Position numbers and translations under genes: made by a program
Shown: one piece after another, positions 16,801 to 25,700 of the stretch
Numbering within the stretch: the first letter of the stretch is position 1
How the letters are laid out: every line of letters begins with the position of its first letter
The notes under the pieces: model-generated
What the model was told of the DNA's origin: nothing
The model's database searches: none
The model's input: the letters and a program-made list of their open reading frames with translations, nothing else
From: a virus
Taxonomy: Duplodnaviria > Caudoviricetes
Direction: 5' to 3' (one strand)
Length of the DNA stretch: 35,186 nt
IMG/VR virus record: IMGVR_UViG_3300044724_001982
Coordinates: 1 to 35,186 of that record

Positions 16801-19800
16801 CTGTGTAGTAAAGGTTAGAGCTGCCTTCGGTCAAATCGTCTGTATCACTAGCAGATAAACTAGATCCAGCTATTGATACAACTGCATCTCCACCCATACC
16901 AGAGTGAGCTGAACAGTAATAATATAGAGTGTCTGATGTTGCAGCGTTTATAGTAATTTGTAAATATGCACCAGAAGATCCTTGAGATCCATTCGTAGTT
17001 ACACCAGTAGTATATGATGATCCACTGTTATGAGAACCATCCTTTGTTGTAGATAGTAAGAATGGATGTGAACCTGTAGATGAATCTGATAAATCGAATC
17101 TATAAGTTATACCTGGTACTAATTGTACACTTGCAGCCTCTTCACCATCTAGATAATATTTATTACCAGATCCAGAGTTTGAAACTGTAACAGCAAATTC
17201 GACTATTGCAGTATTGTTTTCAAAATTAATTGTTTTGTTTGTAAGTGTATCAGTACTGGTTGGTGTAAAATCTGCTGTAAGTGATCCTGAGGAATAAGTA
17301 AGCCCTGATCCTATTTCATTTGCTCCAATTAAATCTACCCAGTTTCCTGCATGTGCATAATAAGCTCTACCAGTTCCATGAACATGAGCAAACATACCAT
17401 GATAAGTTGAAGCACTTGGTAGATCACCTTCTGCTGAATACACATTGCCAAAAAGGACTCTTCTACCACCCATATCAAGATCTGAAGTATTATCAAATGC
17501 AATTGTTCCTGAACTAAAGCTGATATTTGTACCACCACTAAAGCTGGCCAAAGTTGTAAATGCAGAAGTTGAATTATCATAATTAGATAAGTCATTGTCT
17601 ACTACAAAATCATAATTATTATTAGTGTCATCATAGGTAACAGTTATGAGAGTTTGAGTTCCCATAGTTAAAGCTGTGCCTAATGCGTCTTGAGCTCTTT
17701 CGTTTGTAAAATAAAGATTTGTAGAACCTTCAGACAAATCATCTGTATCATTGTTTGATAGATCATCTTCTGTTGCCGAAATAGTAAGTGTTCCTGCACT
17801 ATCGTCATATGACAAAGTTATATTTGATCCTGCTGTTAATAAACTATCAACTTGATCGTCAACTCTTTCATTAGTGAAATAAAGATTTGTACCTTCGGCT
17901 AAGTCGCTTGTTGTTTTACCTGACAAAGCACTGTCGAATCTTGCTGTGGTGTAATAGAGATTAGTTCCCTCAGACAAATCACCTGTATCTGCTGCTGCCA
18001 ACTTTGTATCAAAATCTGTATTAGCTCTTGTAGTTGTGTAGTAAAGATTTGAGCTACCCTCACTAAGACTATCTGTATCATGATTAGATATATCTGAAAC
18101 TGTTCCTGTAACATCGCCTTGTAAATTAGCGATTAATGTTCCAGTTGAAAAACCAGTAGCACTTGTATCGACTGATGTAGTAGGCTCTGTTTGTGAACCA
18201 TGAAATAATCTAAATTTATCAGACTGACTAGCATCCCAAACCATACCTGCATATTTTGTTGTCGATGACTGTATGTATTCGCCATACCAACCTATATCTA
18301 CTGTATTACCTGAGTTTTCATCTGCATACTTGAATAACGGATCATTTACAGTGACAGTTGTACTATCAACAGTTGTAGTCGAACCACTTACAGTCAAGTC
18401 TCCTGAAATAGTTGCATTACCATCAATACTTATGTTTGTAGATGTAATGTCATCAGATGTTAAAGTGCCATCAACTTGTATATTATTAAATTGTACATTA
18501 TCAGTAGTGCCAACAGACTGACCTATTGATATCTCACCAGAGGATATTCCTATACCAGTTCCAGCAGTGAAATGCGCTCTAACTTCCGATGCTGATGGAC
18601 CTGTGTAAGTAAACACTCCTGTTGTGTTATCGTAACTTAGCGATCCATCCCCACCAGCATCAGTAACCGATAAAGAACCTCTGGCTCTAGCGTTTGTAAA
18701 GTATAAGTTAGTAGATCCCTCTGACAAATCATCGGTATCTTTAGTTCCTAATCTTGTATCAAATCTTGCTGTTGTGTAGTAGAGGTTTGTACCCTCTGTT
18801 AAATCAGATGTAGATTTACCTGTAAAAGCTGTATCAAATCTAGCAGTTGTGTAATAAAGATTAGTTCCCTCTGTTAGATCAGCTGTGTCCTTAGTTGCCA
18901 ATCTTGTATCAAATCTTGTGTCAGTATAATATAGATTAGTTGAACCTTCCCCAATGTCATCTGTATCTAGTGTGACATTTAACCAAGCTGAACCACTGTA
19001 TCTTAATACCTGATTTGCAGCTAAAGATGTCAGCGTGACATCATTCATTTCGCTGATTTCGTTTTCTGTAGCTACAGCACTATCTACATAAGTTTGAGTT
19101 GCATAACTGTTAGAAGTTAAATATGTTCCAACTCGTGTATCTGTATAGTAAAGATTAGTAGATCCCTCTGATAGATCGTCAGTATCTTTTGTAGCTAGTC
19201 GAGTATCAAAAGCACTATTAGATCTTGCATCCGTATAGTAGAGGTTTGAAGATCCTTCTGTTAAATCATCGGTATCAAATGACGACATTGTAACTGCGAC
19301 AGTAGGGGTTTGTGACTCTCCACTAGTCGTGCTGACACTTATACCTGTACCAGCAACTAAATTTTGTACGAAATCGCCAACTGTATCTGTAGCTAGATCT
19401 ATTGGATCATTAATCCATGAGGATCCATTATATCTAATTACATCACCATTTGCTAGACCAGAAAATCCTACATTTGCAAGATCTTCAATATTGGCTAAAG
19501 CTATTCTTGCATCTGCACGAGCATTGGTATAGTAAACATTGGTGCTTCCCTCAGTAATACTATCTGTATCAAATTCGGTAAAATCCACGGATCCTGTAAC
19601 TGTTCCTGATCCTTCAGTTAAAGTAAGACCTGTACCACCAGTAAATGTTATTGTTCCACCTAACGAGATATCCGTTGAGTTAGATCCGTCTGTGACTGTT
19701 ATAGAACTATTACTAAATGCAGTGTTAGGAATATTAGTAAGAGTGTTAGATCCACCATCAATTGATTTGTTAGTTATAGTATCAGTTGAGGTTTGTGTCA

Positions 19801-20368
19801 AAATCTCGTCATAAGATTGATTTTCACCCAAAACCCAACGATTTGTCGATACATCATAAAATAATCTTGCGTCATCGGTATCTGATGTTTCAATAATTAA
19901 TCCAGCATCAACTTCGCTATTTCCTGTATTCAGTTTTACAAAAGCGTCATCAACAACTATTACTTCTGCCGTAGTATTAAGAAATTCACCTTGAACATCA
20001 AGGTTGCCTTGTATAGTTACAGAACCACTGGTTGTTAATCCTGTAAATGTTGGACTGTCACCTGTTCCTAAACCTAAACTTGTTCTTGCTGTTGCACCTG
20101 ACTCTGAAACCCATTGACTTCCATCTGATACAATAAATACGCCATCTGAATGAGTTATATTTGCTAATGTTGATAAATCTGCGTCATAGGCTTGGACATT
20201 AGAGCCAATTTGTAAACCTAAACCTATTCTTAAATCTGCTAGTGAACTATAAGATCCACCAGTTCCACCATCGGTTAAACCTATAAAATCTGCTGATTGA
20301 AATTCAGCAAAACCATCAGGATTACCATCTCCGTCTAAATTCAGCCTTATCGGATCTTTTTCTGCCAT
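13817..20368 (-). CDS. Giant tail fibre / virion structural protein (2183 aa) with EG(S)TNLY(Y/F)T repeats and a cupredoxin-like domain
   Basis: About 17 copies of DDLxEG(S)xNLY(Y/F)TxxR, repeated GDLTVSGTTT...GIEIERG modules, HPF...YYYCSAHSGMGG, C-terminal GKILQVV...ITAIEVGA domain. Confidence 0.85.
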   Translation of the reverse strand: MAEKDPIRLNLDGDGNPDGFAEFQSADFIGLTDGGTGGSYSSLADLRIGLGLQIGSNVQAYDADLSTLANITHSDGVFIVSDGSQWVSESGATARTSLGLGTGDSPTFTGLTTSGSVTIQGNLDVQGEFLNTTAEVIVVDDAFVKLNTGNSEVDAGLIIETSDTDDARLFYDVSTNRWVLGENQSYDEILTQTSTDTITNKSIDGGSNTLTNIPNTAFSNSSITVTDGSNSTDISLGGTITFTGGTGLTLTEGSGTVTGSVDFTEFDTDSITEGSTNVYYTNARADARIALANIEDLANVGFSGLANGDVIRYNGSSWINDPIDLATDTVGDFVQNLVAGTGISVSTTSGESQTPTVAVTMSSFDTDDLTEGSSNLYYTDARSNSAFDTRLATKDTDDLSEGSTNLYYTDTRVGTYLTSNSYATQTYVDSAVATENEISEMNDVTLTSLAANQVLRYSGSAWLNVTLDTDDIGEGSTNLYYTDTRFDTRLATKDTADLTEGTNLYYTTARFDTAFTGKSTSDLTEGTNLYYTTARFDTRLGTKDTDDLSEGSTNLYFTNARARGSLSVTDAGGDGSLSYDNTTGVFTYTGPSASEVRAHFTAGTGIGISSGEISIGQSVGTTDNVQFNNIQVDGTLTSDDITSTNISIDGNATISGDLTVSGSTTTVDSTTVTVNDPLFKYADENSGNTVDIGWYGEYIQSSTTKYAGMVWDASQSDKFRLFHGSQTEPTTSVDTSATGFSTGTLIANLQGDVTGTVSDISNHDTDSLSEGSSNLYYTTTRANTDFDTKLAAADTGDLSEGTNLYYTTARFDSALSGKTTSDLAEGTNLYFTNERVDDQVDSLLTAGSNITLSYDDSAGTLTISATEDDLSNNDTDDLSEGSTNLYFTNERAQDALGTALTMGTQTLITVTYDDTNNNYDFVVDNDLSNYDNSTSAFTTLASFSGGTNISFSSGTIAFDNTSDLDMGGRRVLFGNVYSAEGDLPSASTYHGMFAHVHGTGRAYYAHAGNWVDLIGANEIGSGLTYSSGSLTADFTPTSTDTLTNKTINFENNTAIVEFAVTVSNSGSGNKYYLDGEEAASVQLVPGITYRFDLSDSSTGSHPFLLSTTKDGSHNSGSSYTTGVTTNGSQGSSGAYLQITINAATSDTLYYYCSAHSGMGGDAVVSIAGSSLSASDTDDLTEGSSNLYYTDARARGAVSVTDSGGDGSLSYNSGSGVFTYTGPSASETRAHFSAGTGVTLSSGEISIGQAVGTTSDVTFNDLVVSGDLTVSGTTTTLNTETLTVDDNIIVLNNNVTGSPTENAGIEIERGSSTNKTLIWNETDDKWTVGSERFDAGSIYSTFTGNLTGDVTGTVSSIANHDTDSLSEGSSNLYFTDERVDDRVNALLTEGTNVSLTYDDTANTLTITSTDTNTQLTQEQVEDYVAGVVTAGTDISVTYDDSAGTLTIANTAALSSEQVQDITGAQIVTNGSHTGISFAYDDANDGAIDATVSLSGFSTSDLSEGTNLYFTNARADARIAAATTDDLTEGSTNLYFTNARADARITAADLNDLSDVLFSDPTSSDDAKVVSYSNSSGGFVLSSLGGLSGSGEVNTASNQNTAGIGVFLQKTGEDLEFRGINAGSSKITVTNDTANDEIDIDFGSVSIDDLSDVDTTTSAPSSGQALKWSGSTWEPGDASSQVAQLTDVTLTSLATNQVLRYSGSAWVNVTLDTDDIGEGSTNLYYTDARSNSAFDTRLATKDTDNLSEGSSNLYYTDARVQTKIDSYVSGGTGVTVSSGDISIGQAVSTTSDVTFNDLIVSGDLTVSGTTTSVNTETINLADNQIVLNSNATGSASENGGIEIERGDDTNKTLIWNESTDKWTVGSETFVAGTFEGNATGLTTSALTGQSALTTAADDDVILIYDTSATDYKKITKSNLVGSVSFDVNDEMPLTLADNSSDPIQFANVGTSATDLDLVLADGTVDPINITGTSNSATTFRDGDTDTFIRVESSNSDNDEIEMHTAGSERVTIDATGVLDIASAKLEIAGAAGSADEVLKTDGSGNISWGAASGGGKILQVVSTTGTSAVTVNSTTYTSLVSVDITPAATTSKILLFATGDGNSGGGTAWNRVKFYRDSTAIGNHIIYQASGTSENHAWALHTLDSPSSTSQITFSIRAQRGSGDLTYGEEGGGQSPTITAIEVGA

Positions 20369-21549
20369 TATTCACCCATGTTTATGTCTTGTGTCTGTGT
20401 AGTGCCATCTGATGAGGTCGTAGTAAGGACTAACGATTTACCATCTGAAGTGGGAGGCATTACTATTCTTGATAAAGTTGAACCATCTGTTTGTAATACT
20501 TCAACAGCTCTCGTACTCATAGCAACTGTGCTACCACCACCATTTACCGAAGCAGTCGTAGTTACTGGTATAAAGTGATTTTTTAAAGGAACTCCACTAG
20601 TAGATCCTCCACTAAGCACTAATGGCATTTTACCACTATGACTATGAGTTATCGGTATATTTGCCTTTAGAGTTATAGATCTTTGACTAGTATCTGTGAC
20701 AATATCTAATTTACCTTTACGCTCAGTCCTTGTAACACTTGGCTCTACAGTATCTAAAGATAAAGTATCCGTAGTGCTGCTTGCTGTAATTGTACTTTGA
20801 TTGGGTGCAGAAACATTTTTAAATATATCTTGTGATCCTGATCCACTACTCGTTGAGTCAATTGTTATCTGATCACTATTAGCATCAGCAGTTAAAGTAA
20901 TTCCTGATCCTGCAACAAAGGTTAATGTATCCGTTTCACTATCAGCAAGAAGATCAGATCCACTAGCAGAACCAGATCCAGAGCCAACTGCAAAAGTAGA
21001 AAAGGCATTGGCAGCAGTATTTGTATTAGATATTGTGATCTTTTTCGGTGTAGCAGTTGGATCAGTAGTTACGCCAATTCCAGATCCAGCTTCTATTTCT
21101 ATGTTTTCACTTGTAGATCCAGCAGTAATAGTTGTCGATCCATTTACTTGTATTCCAGCAATAGCATATTGAGTATTATCTACAGTTGACCAAGATATAT
21201 TACCTAAGCCATCTGTTGTTAAGACTTGTCCTGATGTTCCATCCGATCCATTTATGCGAAGTTTTGCAGATAGAATATCTAATCTTTGCGAGCTGTCGAT
21301 TTTTAAAGCTGGTGTACTGGCAGATCCAAGGACTAGATATGTATTAGAGGCAGAAGTTCCTATAGATAAATTACCATCAGATACTACTGTTTTACCATCT
21401 AAATATAAATTATCATTTAAAGAAACTATTTGGACAGTTGCGTTAGATAAAGTATAACCCTCACCAGTATCATCATTATCAAAAAAGTCGTCTTGTGTTG
21501 AAAGATTAGCTATTTCAAGTGTATTTCTACTATGTGTTGTTAACGACAT
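20368..21549 (-). CDS. Tail fibre-related structural protein
   Basis: GTSGQVLTTDGLGNISW and repeated DTLTFVAGSGITLT-type motifs; S/T/G-rich. Confidence 0.7.
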   Translation of the reverse strand: MSLTTHSRNTLEIANLSTQDDFFDNDDTGEGYTLSNATVQIVSLNDNLYLDGKTVVSDGNLSIGTSASNTYLVLGSASTPALKIDSSQRLDILSAKLRINGSDGTSGQVLTTDGLGNISWSTVDNTQYAIAGIQVNGSTTITAGSTSENIEIEAGSGIGVTTDPTATPKKITISNTNTAANAFSTFAVGSGSGSASGSDLLADSETDTLTFVAGSGITLTADANSDQITIDSTSSGSGSQDIFKNVSAPNQSTITASSTTDTLSLDTVEPSVTRTERKGKLDIVTDTSQRSITLKANIPITHSHSGKMPLVLSGGSTSGVPLKNHFIPVTTTASVNGGGSTVAMSTRAVEVLQTDGSTLSRIVMPPTSDGKSLVLTTTSSDGTTQTQDINMGE

Positions 21550-21787
21550 TCTTAATATCTCCTAGATCGTAGGTGCCTCCCAGTTTTTCATATACCTTTT
21601 TCAAATTACTGATACTCTCAGTCATTTGATCTAAACCATATTTCCATTCAGCATAATCAGGATGATTTTCAGCGACAGGTGTTAGTAAAGTAGCAAATAT
21701 TTGTATTTCACCTTGCAATATATTATCTAATAAATATTGCCTTTTCATCCTGTCATTAAATACATTAAATTCGTAAGATTCTGCCAT
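21530..21787 (-). CDS. Small helical protein (YExLGG family)
   Basis: Overlaps the next gene; ends VYEKLGGTYD, similar to 22567-22788. Confidence 0.65.
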   Translation of the reverse strand: MAESYEFNVFNDRMKRQYLLDNILQGEIQIFATLLTPVAENHPDYAEWKYGLDQMTESISNLKKVYEKLGGTYDLGDIKNVVNNT

Positions 21788-21811
21788 AAATACCTTTTAG
21801 ATACTTATAGG

Positions 21812-22570
21812 TTACTTGATATTTTTTTGTCTTTGGGTAATTGATCTGTAAGCATTTTTAAACTTACTGTTTAAATCATTTTTATGCCCAGTATCTTGAC
21901 TTTTTTGCTTTTCAGACATTTGTCCAACATCAAAGTCATAATCATCTCTTTTAAATGGAATGACTTGAATAAATGGCGTACCTCTATCTATTATTAGATC
22001 TTTATTTGTATGCACTATGCTTGGAAAGTTTATATGATGATATGTATCTGTTTCTACGATACCAGGTAGAACAGTAAATCTTTTTTCAAATTCATAAAAT
22101 GGTGCTATAAATAAAACTGAATAACCTGGTGGTGTGTATATACGCCACGGATTAACAAACTTAACACCCTCAGGAAAATCTGTTTTTTTAAGTTTCCAGT
22201 GACTTATTTGTTCTTTGCTGTGAAATTCAATACCATACGGAAAATTTTTATTATCCCACTCAAGAAGTGCATCATTTCTCTGAATTAAAAAATCGCACCA
22301 CATAGGGATTACAAAGCCCTCAGTTATTAAGTCTATTATTGCAGGACATCTTTTTACAGTTCCACCACTGTGTTTTTTAGCAGTTTCTTTTGTTTTACCA
22401 AAAGCATTCGGAAGTCCAGATGGATTTGGTTGTCTTATAATGTAATCATCCATATCTTTAAACCAACTTGGTATAAAGGAATTAGATTTTTTTACAGGTG
22501 AAATAGATTCAAGACCTACGACATCGGTCTTAAACTCTATGAATTGTTTTCCCCCCAAAGAAAACTTCAA
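21812..22570 (-). CDS. DUF6065-like protein (paralogue 3)
   Basis: FIPSWF, TVKRCPAI, GFVIPMW, NPWRIYTPPGYS, LPGIVETDTYHHINFP, GTPFIQVIPFKRD. Confidence 0.65.
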   Translation of the reverse strand: MKFSLGGKQFIEFKTDVVGLESISPVKKSNSFIPSWFKDMDDYIIRQPNPSGLPNAFGKTKETAKKHSGGTVKRCPAIIDLITEGFVIPMWCDFLIQRNDALLEWDNKNFPYGIEFHSKEQISHWKLKKTDFPEGVKFVNPWRIYTPPGYSVLFIAPFYEFEKRFTVLPGIVETDTYHHINFPSIVHTNKDLIIDRGTPFIQVIPFKRDDYDFDVGQMSEKQKSQDTGHKNDLNSKFKNAYRSITQRQKNIK

Positions 22571-22788
22571 TCGAAGTTTCCTCCTAGATCTTCATATTCA
22601 CCAATAAGTGCAGTCAATTGAGATTCAATAGCCTCAATTTCATCTGTCTCTTCTTCACTTGGTGATTCAATTGCATCTAAAACTAAGTGATGTTTTTCTA
22701 GTGCATGAATTTGTATATAAAGTTTGTCCAACTTTTCTTCTGTGCTTTCGGTCACTGTTGGATCAACTATTTTATATTCGTGTGTCAT
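22567..22788 (-). CDS. Small acidic helical protein (YExLGG family)
   Basis: TAATG coupling to the tail-tip gene; ends EYEDLGGNFD. Confidence 0.65.
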   Translation of the reverse strand: MTHEYKIVDPTVTESTEEKLDKLYIQIHALEKHHLVLDAIESPSEEETDEIEAIESQLTALIGEYEDLGGNFD

Positions 22789-25700
22789 TATTCTCCTTCG
22801 AGTTCTTCAACTCTGGCTGTTAACAATTCTATCTTAGCAGATAGTTCTTGTATTGATTTAATAACAGGACCTATAAATTGTTCTAGATCAACTGTTTGTA
22901 TGTCTTCAAAATTGTCTTGTTCTGATTCAGCTTTATACCCAAGTCCACCGAAAGCAGTGTTAGAGGAGTGATTATCAAAAGTAGAAGTTCTTACTTCTTG
23001 TGCGATAAAACCATGTTTAACTCCTGCATACATGTCTCTTAAAAAAGGTGCATTTTCATCACTAAAGTAAGAATCAAGAGTATCTGAAGTATATTCATAG
23101 TCAACAGGTCTTAATGAGTTTATGTAAGAAAGACCAAAAGAAGTATCTACAATATTTGTCTTTAACCTTGAGTCAGAAAAGTGAAGGTTATTTAAGTGAT
23201 TGCTATAAGTACTATTTGTTACATAAGAACTATGGTTATGACTGTGGCTATTATGAGGAGTTGCGTAAAGGTTATCAGCACCAGAAGTAGTTAGAACTGT
23301 ACCTGAGTGATTATGAGATCCATGAGATCCATGTGAAGTGTCAACATTTGCATTTGTTAAATTAGAGTTACCATTTCCGTTACCATTTCCATTACCTGTA
23401 CCATAAGGGTGATTGTGTGGAGTTGAATAAAGATTGTCAGCACCAGATGTTGTTAAGACTGTACCTGAGTGATTATGAGTATTTCCATGTGAGTGATTAC
23501 TGTTAGTTAAAACATCTCCTAAAGTCAACCCATGAGCTACACCTGCGTTTCCTGCTGCCATAGCTGTGTGACCTACTGCACTTAAAAAGTTTGTATTACT
23601 ATTTGTTACATAGTCAGACAAATCAGCATTGCTTATGAAATTAGAGTGAGCAGTGTTATTTTCATTGTGATCTGTATTTTGTAGATAAGCATTATGTGCA
23701 TTATTAGAATTTGTATGATTAGTTAAATCTGTTGATGTTAAGAAATTTGAAAAATCAGTTGAGTGATTGTGATTATTATCAGATAATACTGTTCCTGAGT
23801 TAGGGAAAGTTATACCTGTGTGATTATGTCCTGCAACAGTTTCCCAAGATACTCCTGTAGAGTTACTTTGTAACACTTGACCTGATGTACCATAATCGTA
23901 GTTTCCATTGTTAGTTGCTATACCTATTTTTACATCGACTTGTGAAATATTATTAGTTCCTGGTGTACCTAGATTTATTGGACCACCTGAGGCGTTACCA
24001 TAAGCATTAATTTTTATAGTTCCTGCATTAAGTTCTAGTTCCTTACCTAAGACTGTGCTTAGTTTGACATTATCATCTAAACCACCAACCATTTGAAATT
24101 CATCAGTTGATGCTTGCATTGACATTGTTAGTTCATCAGAACTATCATAGAAATTGATCATACCAACACTTGATGTTTCTTTTATTTCAACTCTTGATCC
24201 TGATGAAGCTGTTCTTATTGTTCCACCATCTAAAGTAAAGTTATCTGTGAGTGATGTCCCTTCCAGAGTACCTCTAATAGTTACATCTCTAAATATTGCA
24301 TTACCATTAGAACTTATTTGAAAACCACTAGAACTGTTAAATCCTGTACTTTGTATTTCAGTACTATTTATTGTTATACCTGCAATAGTTCCATCTGTTA
24401 TTGCGTCACCATTTTCAAAAGGTGTAAAATTCAATTCGTTTGCAGTAATACTGTTTGTTGTAATGTTGCCACCATCAATAGTTGTTGATCCTGAGTTCAC
24501 ATCACTTGCTGCACCACCTACAGCTATAAAATTAGTATCGAGTCTATCAGATGACAAAGTACCTGCTGTAATATCACTAGCATTTAAAGATCCTCTAATA
24601 GTTGCATTTTGAAACTCTGCTGTTCCATCTGAAGTTATAGCCCAACCAGCTGATCCTGTTGAGTAGTTAGATGATTTTATAATAGAGTCATTACCAGTAT
24701 CACCACTAGTGTTAAGGATAATTGTTTGACCTGCTATTGTACCTGCTGTAACTTTACCTGCTGAAACATCTGCGACTTTTAGATCTGTAATTGCTGCATT
24801 AGCAATAAGAGCATTTGTAACAGCTAAGTTTGCAATATTAGCTGAGTTCACAAGATCAGCATTACCAGTTTGCTCGTTACTAGGCTCAGACTCATTACCA
24901 GAACTATCAACTGCTGTCACTCTAAAATAATGAGTATCTGCATTGTCAAGATCTATATAGCCAACAGCAGCAATTCCATTTTGTATATGAGCTGAAGTTG
25001 CAACTAATTGACCAATTTTAAAACCTGTCTGTGTAACTTTGTTAGTAGTTGAATTATATTGGAGATCAAAACCACTTGTTGTTGAGGCATATATGTTTAG
25101 ATGACTAAGATCCTTAGCTAATGTGAAATTTACAACTGGACTGACTGCATTACCATTACTATCTTTTGCTTGACCTAAGTTATGTATAAACTGAACTCTT
25201 AATGGATTAGAGGCTATTGTTGCAAAACCATCAGGTTTATTGGGTGCTCCACCATCAGCAGGAGTTTGTACTGATGATATTGAGGCAAAATCACTATCAA
25301 AACCAGTGATATCTACTGCTTGGACACCTACAGAATAATAAGTGTTTGGTGACAAATCATAAATAATAAATTCTCTTGTATCAAACTGTACTGTTGAATA
25401 GTTAAATTCTGTAACTTGTGTATCGTTTTCGTCAATAATATTGTTGCCATCTGTATCTTGAACTACTCGCCACCTAACACGATAAAAGGATCCGTCAGTT
25501 ATAGATGTTCCATCTGTATTAAGAGGTTCAGTCCAACTCAGCTTTACAAAACCTTTTGATATACCATTACCATCTGAGTAAGTACCTGCTACAGTAGTTA
25601 ATCCTGATGGTGTATCAGGTATAGATTTATCTGGACTACCTACAAGATCTACAGTATGACCACTAAACCCTAAACTTTCTTTAATTGTCGGTGCAACATC

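Noticed and set aside
4368-18114. Nested alternative-frame minus ORFs (4368-4601, 11391-11639, 11673-11957, 15529-15723, 17335-17595, 17899-18114)
   Set aside because: They lie wholly inside longer genes, and their I/L/M/Q/V bias is what out-of-frame reading of these codons produces.
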